From an uncultured Actinomycetota bacterium (lineage in GTDB: Bacteria; Actinomycetota; Actinomycetes; Propionibacteriales; Nocardioidaceae), in NCBI GenBank assembly GCA_963837995.1, contig CAWIPS010000010.1, positions 34,285-98,284 on the forward strand: a DNA stretch of 64,000 nt. Reading direction: 5' to 3'. The notes under the pieces were generated by a model. It was not told the DNA's origin. It saw nothing but the letters and a program-made list of their open reading frames with translations, and did not search any database. This document shows positions 38,164 through 48,774 of the stretch, piece after piece. How positions within the stretch are numbered: the stretch's first letter is position 1; every line of letters starts with the position of its first letter. A program made the position numbers and the translations under genes.

Positions 38164-38715
38164 TCAGGTGTAGACGTGCGGGGCCAGCGTGCCGATGCAG
38201 CGCAGGTTGCGGTAGCGCTCGGCGTAGTCGAGGCCGTAGCCGACCACGAACTCGTTGGGGATGTCGTAGCCGACGTACCGGACGGCGACCGACATCTGCA
38301 GCGCCTCCGGCTTGCGCAGCAACGTGCAGATCTCCACCGAGGCCGGTCCGCGGGACGTCAGGTTCGAGACCAGCCAGGACAGCGTCAGCCCGGTGTCGAT
38401 GATGTCCTCGACCACCAGGACGTGCCGGTTGCTGATGTCCGTGTCGAGGTCCTTGAGGATCCGCACCACACCCGAGGACTTGGTGCCCGAGCCGTAGGAC
38501 GAGATCGCCATCCAGTCCATCTCCACGTGCCTGTGGAAGTGCCGGGCGAGGTCGGCCATCACCATCACGGCTCCCCGCAGCACCCCGACCAGCAGGATGT
38601 CCTTGCCCTCGTAGTCCTTCTCGATCTCGGCGGCGAGCTCGCACAGCCGGTCCTGGAGCTGCTCCTCGCTGAAGAGGATGTCGACCAGGTCGCCCTCGAC
38701 GTCGGCTTCGTCCAT
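38164..38715 (-). CDS. hpt: Hypoxanthine phosphoribosyltransferase
   Basis: VGVLRGA, ISSYGSGTKSSG, LVVEDIIDTGLTL, FVVGYGLDYAERYRNL. Confidence 0.97.
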   Translation of the reverse strand: MDEADVEGDLVDILFSEEQLQDRLCELAAEIEKDYEGKDILLVGVLRGAVMVMADLARHFHRHVEMDWMAISSYGSGTKSSGVVRILKDLDTDISNRHVLVVEDIIDTGLTLSWLVSNLTSRGPASVEICTLLRKPEALQMSVAVRYVGYDIPNEFVVGYGLDYAERYRNLRCIGTLAPHVYT

Positions 38716-38720
38716 GGCCG

Positions 38721-39755
38721 TCAGCCTGCCACAGGGGCCTGCCCGGTCGGGGGCCGGCCCGAGCGGTCGGGCGGGGGCTCGGGTGGGCTGCGTCGCAGGT
38801 GCAGCTCCCCCTCGACGCGCACCCCGCTCACGTGCCCCGGCAGGTCCACGCACCGCTGCCCGCGCCAGCCGGTGACCAGCTCGTCGAGAGCCAGCACGTG
38901 GGAGCGGAACAGCTGGGCCGGTGGGCTGCCGGCGTCGACCGCCGCCAGCCTGAGCACCCGACGTCGTACGGCGGTGGGCAGCCGGCCGAGCAGCACCACG
39001 TCGAGCCCGCCCCGGGCACCGCGCACCGAGGGGGCGGCCGCGACCGACAGCTCGTCGAGCGCCTCCGCGTCCTCGCGGAGCTGCTCGGCGGTGCGGGCCA
39101 GCGAGGCCGTGATCCCCGGACCGAGCTCGGCCTCGAGGACCGGCAGGACGCGGTGCCGGACCCGCGAGCGGGTGTAGCGGGGGTCGCAGTTGTGCGGGTC
39201 GGTCCAGAACTCGACGTCCTGGGCGCGGCAGGCGGCCTCGGTCTGGGCCCGGGAGACCTCGAGCAGCGGCCGCCGGTAGACCTCGAACCGGCGACGCATG
39301 CCGGCCAGGGCCCGGCCGCCCGAACCCCGGGTCAGGCCGAGCAGGACGGTCTCCGCCTGGTCGTCGAGGGTGTGGCCGAGCAGCACGACCGGGGCACCGA
39401 AGCGGGCGGCCATCTCGGCCAGCACGGCGTAGCGCGCCTCCCGGGCGGCTGCCTCAGGTCCCTGACCGCTCCCGGTCACCTGCACACGGGCCGACGCCGT
39501 CTCGTCCACGCCGAGGCGGCCCATCGTCCGGACCACCTCGCGTGCCCGGTCCGCGGACCCGGGCTGCAGGCCGTGGTCGACGGTGACCCCGACGACGCGC
39601 CATGCCTGCCGGCGTGCCTCGAACACGGTCGCCGCCACCAGCGCGAGGGAGTCCGCACCGCCGGAGCAGGCCACCAGCACCGGCTGGTCCTGGAGGTCGG
39701 CCAGCTCACGGCGTACGGCGAGCCGGACCGCAGCCACCGCGGGGTCGAGCCTCAT
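38721..39755 (-). CDS. tilS: tRNA(Ile)-lysidine synthetase
   Basis: VACSGGADSLAL, VDHGLQ, EAAAREARY, GHTLDDQAET, DPHN...RSRVRH. Confidence 0.96.
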   Translation of the reverse strand: MRLDPAVAAVRLAVRRELADLQDQPVLVACSGGADSLALVAATVFEARRQAWRVVGVTVDHGLQPGSADRAREVVRTMGRLGVDETASARVQVTGSGQGPEAAAREARYAVLAEMAARFGAPVVLLGHTLDDQAETVLLGLTRGSGGRALAGMRRRFEVYRRPLLEVSRAQTEAACRAQDVEFWTDPHNCDPRYTRSRVRHRVLPVLEAELGPGITASLARTAEQLREDAEALDELSVAAAPSVRGARGGLDVVLLGRLPTAVRRRVLRLAAVDAGSPPAQLFRSHVLALDELVTGWRGQRCVDLPGHVSGVRVEGELHLRRSPPEPPPDRSGRPPTGQAPVAG

Positions 39756-39777
39756 CGGGCTGGTCCGCCGTCCGGGG

Positions 39778-40893
39778 TCAGCCGTGCACGCGGCGCACCC
39801 ACGCGGCCGGATCGGTGATCTCGTCCTTGGACGGCAGGTTCTGCGGGCCGGCCCACACGGCGTTGAAGTCACTCATCCCGACCTTGTCGACGACGGCGCG
39901 GACGAAGGCGGCACCGTCGCGGTACTGCGCCATCTTGGCCTCCAGGCCGAGCAGCCGGCGCAGCACGCGGTCGAAGGCGCCAGCACCCTTGCGGCGCTGG
40001 TTGAACCGGGCGCGGATCCGCTCCACGCTCGGGATGACCGTGGGGCCGACCCCGTCCATCACCACGTCGGCGTGTCCCTCGAGCAGCGACATCACCCCGG
40101 TCAGCCGGTCCATCACCTCCTGCTGCTCGGGGGTGCTGAACACGTCCAGAAGGCTGATCCCGTCGTCGCCACGGACCACCTCGCCGATGCGGCGCACACC
40201 CTCGCCCAGCATCGCCGCGAGCCGCGACGGGTCGGGGTCGACCGCCCCGACGATCTGAGCGATCTCGGCGTGGATGTGGTCGCGCATCCAGGGGACGGCG
40301 GTGAACTGGACCCGGTGGGTCTCCTCGTGCAGGCACACCCACAGCCGGAAGTCGCGGGGGTCGACACCGAGCTCGTTCTCGACGTGCACGATGTTCGGCG
40401 CCACGAGCAGCAGCCGCCCTGCCGACGGCCGGGCCAACCCGTTCTCCGTCTGGATGTCGGCCCGGTCGTCGGCGGGCCCGGAGTAGAACGGGTCGAACTG
40501 CCCCAGCACCTTCGAGGACATGAAGCCGAGCAGCCCCCCGACCTCGAGGCCGGTGACCTTGGACCCGACCGCGTCGGTCAGCCCGCTGGCCGCCGACCCG
40601 CTGTGCGACCGCTTCGCGCGGAGCTTCTCGATCAGCGGGCTGATCACCTCGGCGAAGCCGTCGGCGTTCGCCTGGATCCAGCCGGTGCGGTCCACGACCA
40701 GCACCGGAGCTGTGCGCTCCTGAGCCTCCAGGCCGGTGAAGTCACGCACGAGCGAGGTGGAGCGGTTGGCTCCGGCGCGGAGCTCGGCGACGGTCGCCTC
40801 GGCGTCGGTCCGGCTGATGAGGGGACCGGGACCGGCCACCCGTGAGGCGGTCGCGACCGCGAGGTCCCAGTCGATCATGGCGGGTGCTGGCAT
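39778..40893 (-). CDS. Zinc-dependent metalloprotease, DUF2342 family
   Basis: IDWDLAV, LGQFDPF, WVCLHEETHRVQF (HExxH), MSLLEGHADVVMD; conserved between dacB and tilS. Confidence 0.9.
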   Translation of the reverse strand: MPAPAMIDWDLAVATASRVAGPGPLISRTDAEATVAELRAGANRSTSLVRDFTGLEAQERTAPVLVVDRTGWIQANADGFAEVISPLIEKLRAKRSHSGSAASGLTDAVGSKVTGLEVGGLLGFMSSKVLGQFDPFYSGPADDRADIQTENGLARPSAGRLLLVAPNIVHVENELGVDPRDFRLWVCLHEETHRVQFTAVPWMRDHIHAEIAQIVGAVDPDPSRLAAMLGEGVRRIGEVVRGDDGISLLDVFSTPEQQEVMDRLTGVMSLLEGHADVVMDGVGPTVIPSVERIRARFNQRRKGAGAFDRVLRRLLGLEAKMAQYRDGAAFVRAVVDKVGMSDFNAVWAGPQNLPSKDEITDPAAWVRRVHG

Positions 40894-40946
40894 GCTCCGA
40901 CCTTACGGGGGCGGGCCAGGTCCGACCGGCGGGGACGAGCCCCGGG

Positions 40947-42543
40947 TCAGCGGCCGGCGCAGGTGCAGCCGCCCAGGGCGGCGGCCATCCGGTCCACCAG
41001 GGCGCGGGCGGCCAGGGTGTTGACCGGCTTGACCCGGTCCGCGACGGCCACGAAGCTCATCACCACTCCGTCCTTCGAGGTGGCGATGCCCGCCAGGGCG
41101 TGCACGCCGGTCAGCGTCCCGGTCTTGGCTCGCACGGTCCCGAGCCCCGCCCGGCTGCCGGTCGTGAACCGGTGGGCCAGGGATCCGGTGAAGCCCGCCA
41201 CCGGAAGGTTCGCGACGGCGCTGCGCAGGTCCGGGTGCCGGTCGTCGGCCGCTGTGCCGATGACGGCGAGGAGGGTCGTCGGCGCCAGCCGGTCCTGGCG
41301 CGACAGGCCGCTCCCGTCGTACATCCGGGCGCCGTGCAGGCTGATCCCGAGGCCTCGCAGCTCCGCGCGGACCGCGCGCACGGCCCCGGCGAAGGAGGCC
41401 GGCTCGCCCCGGGCGACCGCGACCTGACGGGCCAGCACCTCGGCGCCCTCGTTGTCGCTGACCTCCAGGACGTGCTGCACCACCTCGGCGAGCGGGGCGC
41501 TGTGCACCTCGGCGATGGTCCGGCCGCCGGTCGAGGCCGGCGGCGCCACGGCGGGGGTGGGCGTGCCCACGACCGTGATGTGCTGCTTCTCCAGCGCGTG
41601 CGCGAACACGTCCGCCGCCGCGGCTCCCGGTGCGGGGGCGCGCTGGGAGAGGCCACTGCGCTCACGCCCCTCGTCGACCCACAGTGCCGAGATGGGGCTG
41701 ACCACGTTGTCGGGCACGTAGGACGGCTCCCAGTGCGGGTTGACCGCCGGTCCGCTGAACAGGGAGGTGTCGTAGCCCAGCCGGGCCCGGTGCCGACCGG
41801 CCTTCCGCAGGGCGGTGGCGGTGGCGCGGGCCAGGCCCACCAGGTCCGCCCGCGCGGGGTAGGTGCCCTGGGGAGCCCGCCCGCGCGCCAGGAGCGGGTC
41901 GCCACCCCCGACCAGCACGATCCGCCCGGACCGGCGCGTGCTGACCACCGAGGTCGTGAAGCGATGGCCGGGGCCGAGGGCCCGCAGGGCGGCGACGGCG
42001 GTCAGCAGCTTCATCGTCGACGCCGGCGTGACCGGCCCGCTCCCGTGCCGGTAGACGACCCGGCCGTCGGACAGCCGCGCCACGTCCACGACGACGTGGC
42101 GACCGAGCTTCGGCGAGCCCAGGAACGGTGCGACGGCCCGCCGCACCGCGGCTCCGCTCACGGCACCTCCGGGCGTGGTGCCGGCGACCGGGGCCACCGA
42201 CGGGAGGCCCGGGAGCGCGAGGCCGGCGGGGGGGCGCACCTCCGCCGGCTCGCTCACCGGGGAGGGGAAGTCGTTGCCGAACCACCGGGCCCCCAGGTCG
42301 AGCCGGTAGGTCACGGCGGCCGCCACGAGCACCAGGACCACCAGCCCCGCCGTCGTACGACGCAGCCACCGGCCGTCGCGACGACGGGTCGGCTCGGGTG
42401 TCGGCTCGGGTGTCGGCTCGGGTGTCTGGCTCGGGTGTCGACTGGGAGGCGTTCTCCTCGGCCGGGTCCGGCGCGGGTCCCGAGGGCTCCTGAGCGTCCT
42501 TCGTGGTGTGCGGGGGGACGTCGCCCGCGTCACCTGGGCGCAC
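40947..42543 (-). CDS. dacB: D-alanyl-D-alanine carboxypeptidase/endopeptidase (PBP4 family), one extra base at 42427
   Basis: PASTMK (SxxK), SDN, AKTGTL. AGGAGG then GTG 42543 gives MRPGDAGD...STPEP, which joins the main frame if the T at 42427 in a 12-bp repeat is removed. Confidence 0.92.
42388..42441. repeat. 12-bp tandem repeat (GTCGGCTCGGGT x4+) encoding TPEP
   Basis: Visible period-12 repeat with a single inserted T at 42427. Confidence 0.85.
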
Positions 42544-42650
42544 GTCGAGCCTCCTGGTCCACATAAGGTGTCGTTGTGCGGGAGACTAGCCGAAGCGCCG
42601 GTGCGAACCCGGTGCGGGCAGGCCGCCGACGGCCCTGAATCGGAGGAACA

Positions 42651-43145
42651 GTGGAGTTCGACGTACTGGTAGAGATCCCCAAGGGACAGCGCAACAAGTA
42701 CGAGGTGGACCACGACTCAGGTCGCATCCGTCTGGACCGCACCTTGTTCACCTCCACGCAGTATCCAGCCGACTACGGGTTCATCGAGGACACCCTGGGG
42801 CTGGACGGCGACCCGCTGGACGCGCTGGTGCTTCTCCAGGAGCCGACGTTCCCGGGGTGTCTCATCAAGTGCCGGGCCATCGGGATGTTCCGGATGACCG
42901 ACGAGTCCGGCGGCGACGACAAGGTCCTGTGCGTGCCGGCACACGACCCTCGCCTGGAGCACCTGCGCGACATCAACCACGTGTCGAAGTTCGACCGGCT
43001 GGAGATCCAGCACTTCTTCGAGGTCTACAAGGAGCTCGAGCCGGGCAAGTCCGTCGAGGGCGCGAACTGGGTGGGGCGGCACGAGGCGGAGGCCGAGGTC
43101 ACCGCCTCCTTCAAGCGGGCCGTCGACGAGACCGCGGCACACTGA
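42651..43145 (+). CDS. ppa: Inorganic pyrophosphatase (family I)
   Basis: [34 protein letters not shown]; RBS GGAGG. Confidence 0.97.
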   Translation: MEFDVLVEIPKGQRNKYEVDHDSGRIRLDRTLFTSTQYPADYGFIEDTLGLDGDPLDALVLLQEPTFPGCLIKCRAIGMFRMTDESGGDDKVLCVPAHDPRLEHLRDINHVSKFDRLEIQHFFEVYKELEPGKSVEGANWVGRHEAEAEVTASFKRAVDETAAH

Positions 43146-43216
43146 CCGTCCCGGAGTGACCACCCCGAACTGACCGCCCCGGACCGCGGCCGGGAGACGG
43201 CGGGACCCGCAAGACG

Positions 43217-44731
43217 TCAGACCCGCACGAAGAAGGTCGGCGGTATCCAGTAGTACAGGTCGTCGATCTCCACCGGGCGACCGGTCCGCGGCGCGTGGAT
43301 GATCTGCCCACCGCCGATGTAGAGCGCGACGTGGTGGATGCCGCTCGGCCTGCCGTTGGAGCTCCAGAACACCAGGTCCCCGGGCTGCAGGTCCGTCACC
43401 GAGATCGGCACCCCGGAGGAGTACTGGGCGACCGAGTAGTGCGGCAGCGAGACCCCCGCCGATCCCCAGGCGCCCATGGTGAGGCCCGAGCAGTCCCACG
43501 ACCCGGGTCCCGCGGCCCCCCACTGGTAGGGCTCACCGAGCTGTGCCTCCGCGAACCGGATGGCCTGTTGCGCTCCACCCGCGGGCGTGGGCGCTGGGAC
43601 GGGAGCCGGGGTGGGACCTGGGACGGGGTCGCGCGTCGGCCTCGGTGCCGCGGCGGGTGCGGGCGACGCCGTGGGTGCCACCGTGGGTGCCGGAGCCGCC
43701 GCGGGTGCCGGCGACGAGCCCGGGGAGTGGCTGGACGGGGCGTGGCCGGCACCGACGGCCCGCTTGCCGCCATCGTGCCTCCGGCGTGCCTCGGCGTGCC
43801 CCGCCTTCCCCTGCGCAGCCTTCCCCTGCGCAGCCTTCTCCCGGGCGGCCTTCTCCCGGGCAGCCTTCTCCTGGGCGGCCTCCAGCGCGGCTCGCCGGGC
43901 CCGCTGCTCGGCTCGCCGGCGAGCGATCTGTGCCAGCGCAGCCTCTCGCTGGCCGGCGAGCGCCACGGAGATGTGCTGAGCCCGGGCCAGCTGGCCGAGC
44001 AGGGTGGTCTTCTCGGCCGCAACCGCCGACGCCTCGCCCTGGGCCGCCTGCGCGGCCGCGGCTGCGGCCGACTGGGCCGCCCGGGCAGCGGCGGCCATCC
44101 GCTCCTGCCTGGCCCTGGCCGCTCGGGCCTGGCTCTCGAACACCCCGGCCAGCGAGTCGGTCGCTGCGTAGCGCTGGTAGTCGGCCTGCAACGAGGTGGA
44201 GGCGCCCTGGAAGGCGGCGTACTGGTCGAGGACCCCGTCGGCCCCCTTCGCGCCGACCATCGCGGTCAGCGCCGAGAGGTCGCCGCCGTTCTGGTAGGAC
44301 TGGGCGACCAGCGCCCCCATCCGGTCACGCTGGACCGCCACCGTACGACGGGCGCGGTCGGCGACCCTCCGTGCGGCACGGTAGGCGACCCGAGCCTGCT
44401 GCAGCCTCCACATCGCCCCGTTGTAGGCCTCGGAGGCCTGCTCTGCCCGCACGTCCGCAGCCTCCAGGCGCTGGTCGGCGAGCAGCAGCCGGGTGGAGAT
44501 CGCGCTGACGTCCTCCGCCTTGCGGACGGCTCGGGCCCGTGCGTCGTCGACCTGGGCCCGGCTCGGGAACGCCCGGCCGCCCTGGGTCTGGGGCGTGGGC
44601 GGCGACGGGTCCGCGACCGCGAGCGGCGGCGACGACAGCTCACAGACCGCGCAGAGCAGCAGCGCGGCAAGCAGCGGAGCCGCGCGACGAGTACCCGGCA
44701 TTCGGCCCTTCCCTGTGCTCGTGGCGGTCAT
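43217..44731 (-). CDS. Secreted coiled-coil NlpC/P60 peptidoglycan endopeptidase
   Basis: Signal peptide, long Ala/Gln coiled coil, PA-rich linker, PYQWGAAGPGSWDCSGL, HHVALYIGGGQIIHAP. Confidence 0.93.
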   Translation of the reverse strand: MTATSTGKGRMPGTRRAAPLLAALLLCAVCELSSPPLAVADPSPPTPQTQGGRAFPSRAQVDDARARAVRKAEDVSAISTRLLLADQRLEAADVRAEQASEAYNGAMWRLQQARVAYRAARRVADRARRTVAVQRDRMGALVAQSYQNGGDLSALTAMVGAKGADGVLDQYAAFQGASTSLQADYQRYAATDSLAGVFESQARAARARQERMAAAARAAQSAAAAAAQAAQGEASAVAAEKTTLLGQLARAQHISVALAGQREAALAQIARRRAEQRARRAALEAAQEKAAREKAAREKAAQGKAAQGKAGHAEARRRHDGGKRAVGAGHAPSSHSPGSSPAPAAAPAPTVAPTASPAPAAAPRPTRDPVPGPTPAPVPAPTPAGGAQQAIRFAEAQLGEPYQWGAAGPGSWDCSGLTMGAWGSAGVSLPHYSVAQYSSGVPISVTDLQPGDLVFWSSNGRPSGIHHVALYIGGGQIIHAPRTGRPVEIDDLYYWIPPTFFVRV

Positions 44732-44920
44732 GTCGAGCTGTCGGTGCGGGTCACGTCGAGCCGCGTCCCCTCGGCCCGAGGCTCCCGGTGGAAGGGGCCC
44801 TGTCCGACTCCTCAGGCACGCTAGTGCTCATCAGTCACAGTCGTCACGGGAACACCAAAGAAACCTTTGGTGACACGGTGTGTCGCCTTGACAAACTACA
44901 TCCGTGTAAGTTTCGCCGTC

Positions 44921-44979
44921 GTTCCGGCCCTGCAGACGCGCCGGGTCGACGGGTTCCGGCCCTGCAGACGCGCCGGGTC
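44921..44979. repeat. Two tandem copies of REP-like GTTCCGGCCCTGCAGACGCGCCGGGTC
   Basis: Units at 44921 and 44953; same core as the 33351-33502 cluster; abuts the PAP2 stop codon. Confidence 0.8.
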
Positions 44980-46051
44980 AGCGGGTCGCAGGTTCCTGCG
45001 AGGCGTCGCGGCCTTCCTCGGTCATGTCCGGTCCCGACGTACCGTGTCGCGGGCGCAGCCAGTGGCGGTCGAACGTGTGCCCGGTGGCCCGGCCGCCGAG
45101 CCACACCGACACGACGGCGATCGCCGCACCGGCGACGTCGTCGGCGATGTAGTGCCACCCGAAGTACAGCGTCGACACGACGGTGAGGGCGAAGTACAGC
45201 CAGGTGCTCCGGCGGATCCAGGCGTGCCGCACGGTGAAGTGGGTGACCAGCGTCAGGGTCAGGACGATCCCCACGTGCAGTGAGGCGAAGCCGGCCACAC
45301 TCTGGATGGAGTCGGTGTGCAGCGGGTTGAACCGCACCTCGCCGCGGGAGTAGTAGAGCGACTCCTGCATCGCGGCGACGCTCGTCTGGTCGAGGTCCTT
45401 GTAGAGCCAGACGTAGGCGAAGTTCGGGCCCAGGGTGGGCAGCAGGTAGTAGCTGACCGTGCCGAGTGCCCACGCCAGGCACTGGGCCGTGGCGTACCAG
45501 TAGCCGATGCTCACGTCGCGGGCCCAGACCAGGTAGACGATCAGGGACAGCGGGGAGATGGGCAGGAAGAGCAGGTAGACGAAGGCGAGCACGTGCGCGG
45601 AGTAGGTCTCGCCCAGCAGCTGGTGGAGCAGCACCGCCGGCTCGTGACCGAACATCAGCGCCTTGTCGATGGCGTGCAGCTGGGCGTCGTGCAGCGTGTG
45701 GTTGACCTGGGGCAGGAAGTTCTTGAGGTTCCGGTAGCTGACGTAGGTCACGTAGAAGGTGACCAGGCCGACGACGACCAGCGTGATCCGCGGGCGCGTC
45801 CAGTGCTCGCGGATGATGCGCCGGACCTGGCTCCCGAACGTGAGCGGGCTCCTGCGGGCCCGCCACAGCGAGCGCGGGAGAACGTCGACCACGAAGGCAC
45901 CGAGCAGCATCATCGGCAGCCGGAACCAGGACGGGCCGAGCGAGCCGTCGGGGTCCTTGAGTCCCTCACCGAGGGCCAGACTGGTGAGGATCGCGGCGAC
46001 GCCCATGACGACGGCGACGCCGACGAGGAGGGCATAGGGGCGTTGTCTCAC
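44978..46051 (-). CDS. PAP2/Aur1-like membrane phosphatase or phosphotransferase
   Basis: Multi-TM; YYLLPTLGP, VAGFASLHVG, STLYFGWHYIADDVAG. Start GTG 46051 or 46075. Confidence 0.85.
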   Translation of the reverse strand: MRQRPYALLVGVAVVMGVAAILTSLALGEGLKDPDGSLGPSWFRLPMMLLGAFVVDVLPRSLWRARRSPLTFGSQVRRIIREHWTRPRITLVVVGLVTFYVTYVSYRNLKNFLPQVNHTLHDAQLHAIDKALMFGHEPAVLLHQLLGETYSAHVLAFVYLLFLPISPLSLIVYLVWARDVSIGYWYATAQCLAWALGTVSYYLLPTLGPNFAYVWLYKDLDQTSVAAMQESLYYSRGEVRFNPLHTDSIQSVAGFASLHVGIVLTLTLVTHFTVRHAWIRRSTWLYFALTVVSTLYFGWHYIADDVAGAAIAVVSVWLGGRATGHTFDRHWLRPRHGTSGPDMTEEGRDASQEPATR

Positions 46052-46061
46052 CCGGGACAGT

Positions 46062-47099
46062 CTAAGGTGTCCCACCCCCGCTTCCCGAGCCGAGGAGACG
46101 TGCGGCCCGCGTGAGGTCGAGCACCAGGTGTACGTCGCTCCCGACCGTCGGCACGTCGGCGTCGAGATCGCCCACGGCGTGCACCTCCCCCACCCCGTCG
46201 ACCGCCACCGTCAGCCGGACCGCGTCCGGGGTGAGGCGGGCCATGAGCACCCGGCCCCGCAGGGAGCCCCCCGGTGCCACCCGCAGCGCGGACCTCCGCA
46301 TCGCCAGCACCGGGTCCTCCTCCCGGTCGTTCCGACCGACACCCGCCTCCGAGAGCAGCCGATGTGCCGCGTGGCCCTCCAGCACGGTCGCATAGCCCAG
46401 GAACCGCGCCGCCTCGGGGTCCACCGGGGCCCGCCACACCTCGTCCACGGTGCCCTCCTGGACCAGGCGTCCCGCCCGCATCAGCGCCATCCGGTCCGCG
46501 ACCGCGAACGCCTCCTCCTGGTCATGGGTCACCAGCAGCGCCGTGGTGCCGGCCGCGACCAGGATCTCCCTCAGGTCGTGGGCGAGCCGCTCGCGGAGCC
46601 CCCGGTCGAGTGCGGACAGCGGCTCGTCGAGCAGCAGCAGCCGCGGCTCCACCGCCAGCGCCCGGGCCAGCGCCACCCGTTGGCGCTCGCCGCCGGACAG
46701 GCTGGTGGTGCGGCGTGGACCGAAGCCCGGGAGCCCGACCAGGTCGAGGAGCTCCTCGACACGCCCGGCAGCCGCCCCCGACCGGATCCCCCGCAGCCGC
46801 AGGGCGTATCCCACGTTGCCCGCGACCGTGTGGTGCGGGAACAGCTGGCCGTCCTGGAACATCAGCGCGAAGCCCCGCCGGTGGGTGGGTACGGCGGTCA
46901 GGTCCTGTTCGTCGTAGCACACCGTTCCCGACCGCAGCCGTTCCAGCCCGGCCACCGCCCGCAGCAGCGTCGACTTGCCCGAGCCGGACGGCCCGAGGAC
47001 CGCCAGCACCTTGCCCGTGGGCAGGTCGAGGCTGACCCGGTCGACCGCCGGGGCGTCGGCGTCGTCGAACCGGACCGTCAGCTCCCGGACCGCCAGCAT
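46062..47099 (-). CDS. thiQ: Thiamine ABC transporter ATP-binding subunit
   Basis: GPSGSGKST, LSGGERQRVALARAL, LLLDEP; downstream of thiBP. Confidence 0.88.
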   Translation of the reverse strand: MLAVRELTVRFDDADAPAVDRVSLDLPTGKVLAVLGPSGSGKSTLLRAVAGLERLRSGTVCYDEQDLTAVPTHRRGFALMFQDGQLFPHHTVAGNVGYALRLRGIRSGAAAGRVEELLDLVGLPGFGPRRTTSLSGGERQRVALARALAVEPRLLLLDEPLSALDRGLRERLAHDLREILVAAGTTALLVTHDQEEAFAVADRMALMRAGRLVQEGTVDEVWRAPVDPEAARFLGYATVLEGHAAHRLLSEAGVGRNDREEDPVLAMRRSALRVAPGGSLRGRVLMARLTPDAVRLTVAVDGVGEVHAVGDLDADVPTVGSDVHLVLDLTRAARLLGSGSGGGTP

Positions 47100-47118
47100 C
47101 TCCAGACCGCCCCCCGGC

Positions 47119-48774
47119 TCAGAACGTGCCGAGCGAGCCGAGCCGCGCGCGCTCCACGAGACTCATCACGCCCACCGTCAGCAGCCCCAGCACGACGGAC
47201 GCGGCCATCGCCATGCCGAAGTTCTGCTCACCGGGCCTCGACACGAGCTGGTAGATCACCACCGGGAGCGTGGGGCGCTCCGGGCGGGCCAGGAAGCTCG
47301 TCGCCCCGAACTCGCCGAGCGACACCGCGAACGCGAAGCCGGTCGCCGCGAGCAGCGGCCGCCACAGCGCCGGCAGGTCGACGGTGGCCAGCACCCGCAG
47401 CGGCGAGGCACCCAGCGAGGCGGCCGCCTGCCGCTGCCGGGGGTCCACCGAGCGGAGCACCGGCGCCAGGGTGCGGACCACGAGCGGCAGCGCCACCATC
47501 GCCTGGGCGATCGGCACCAGCAGCACGGAGCTGCGCAGGTCCAGCGGCGGACGGTCCAAGGTGATCAGGAAGCCGAAGCCGAGGGTCACCGCCGACACGC
47601 CCAGCGGCAGCATGAACACGGCGTCCAGCACCGCCAGGGCGCGACGCTCGACCCGGGCGCGCGGGCGCTGGGACACCACGACCGCGACGAGGACCCCGAG
47701 CACCATGGCCAGCAGCGTCGCGTCGACGGCCACCCGCCAGGAGTTCGCCAGTGCCTGGGAGACCGGGACCAGCAGCGCGCCGCCCTCGCCCCGGGTGGCC
47801 AGCGCCCGGTAGCTGTCCAGGCTCCAGCTCCCGTCGACGTGCAGCGACCTCGCGACGAGGGTCCCGAGCGGGGCGACGACGAGGGCCAGCACCAGCCCGG
47901 TGACGAGCAGCACCGGCGCGTCGCCGGCTCGCGGGGCCCGGGTCGTCTCCCGGTGTCCGGCCCGGTCCAGCGCCTGTCCGGTGCCCCGGGTCCGGCCGGC
48001 GACGTACAGGAGCGCGCACACCACGACCAGCTGGAGGACCGAGAGGGCGGAGGCGGCGCGGAGGTCGAGGAACTGGGTGGTGAGCAGGTAGATCTCGGTC
48101 TCGACCGTGGAGTAGCGCAGCCCACCGAGGGTCAGCACCACCCCGAACGAGGAGGCGCAGAACAGGAACACCACGCTGGCCGCCGACACCACCCCCGGCA
48201 TCAGCGCGGGCAGCGTCACCGTCCGCAGCACCTGCAGGGGTGAGGCGCCGAGCGCCGCGGCGGCCTCCTCGCGGCGCCGGTCCAGCCCCTCCCACAGCGC
48301 CCCCACGGTCCGCACGACCACCGCCAGGTTGAAGAACACCATCGCGGCCAGGATCGCGACCGGGGTGCCGTCGAGCCGCAGGGCCCCCAGCGGGCCCGAG
48401 GACGCGATCAGCGTCCGGAACGCGACCCCGACGACGACCGTGGGCATCACGAACGGCACCAGCACCAGCATCCGCACCACGCCGCGGCCGCGGAACCTGA
48501 GCCGGTGCAGCACGAACGTCACCGGCAGCCCCAGCGCGAGGGTGCATGCGGTCGCGACCGTCGAGGACCACAGCGTGAACCACAGCACCCGGTGCACCCG
48601 TGACCGGCCGAGGATCTCCAGGACCCCGACCGGGTCGAAGGACCCGGAGGTGAAGAACCCACGGCCCACCATCCCGGCCACCGGCAGCACGAAGAACACC
48701 GCGAGGACCGCGAGCGGGGCGGCCGCGAGCGCGCCGACGCCTGCCAGCCTGCGCGCGCTCGAGCGACGGCTCAT
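47119..48774 (-). CDS. thiP: Thiamine ABC transporter permease
   Basis: Duplicated permease with EEAAAALGA and QAAASLGA EAA loops; ATGA overlap with thiB. Confidence 0.88.
   Translation of the reverse strand: MSRRSSARRLAGVGALAAAPLAVLAVFFVLPVAGMVGRGFFTSGSFDPVGVLEILGRSRVHRVLWFTLWSSTVATACTLALGLPVTFVLHRLRFRGRGVVRMLVLVPFVMPTVVVGVAFRTLIASSGPLGALRLDGTPVAILAAMVFFNLAVVVRTVGALWEGLDRRREEAAAALGASPLQVLRTVTLPALMPGVVSAASVVFLFCASSFGVVLTLGGLRYSTVETEIYLLTTQFLDLRAASALSVLQLVVVCALLYVAGRTRGTGQALDRAGHRETTRAPRAGDAPVLLVTGLVLALVVAPLGTLVARSLHVDGSWSLDSYRALATRGEGGALLVPVSQALANSWRVAVDATLLAMVLGVLVAVVVSQRPRARVERRALAVLDAVFMLPLGVSAVTLGFGFLITLDRPPLDLRSSVLLVPIAQAMVALPLVVRTLAPVLRSVDPRQRQAAASLGASPLRVLATVDLPALWRPLLAATGFAFAVSLGEFGATSFLARPERPTLPVVIYQLVSRPGEQNFGMAMAASVVLGLLTVGVMSLVERARLGSLGTF

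Noticed and set aside
40947-42713. ORF-track start of dacB at 42713 overlapping ppa
   Set aside because: It overlaps ppa and its promoter; RBS plus GTG at 42543 with a one-base repeat indel explains the N-terminus better.
44731-44920. c-di-AMP (ydaO) riboswitch upstream of NlpC/P60
   Set aside because: The expected GAATCC...GGGGAACC...GGGGTGAA...CCCGTCAGCTAAC elements were not found.
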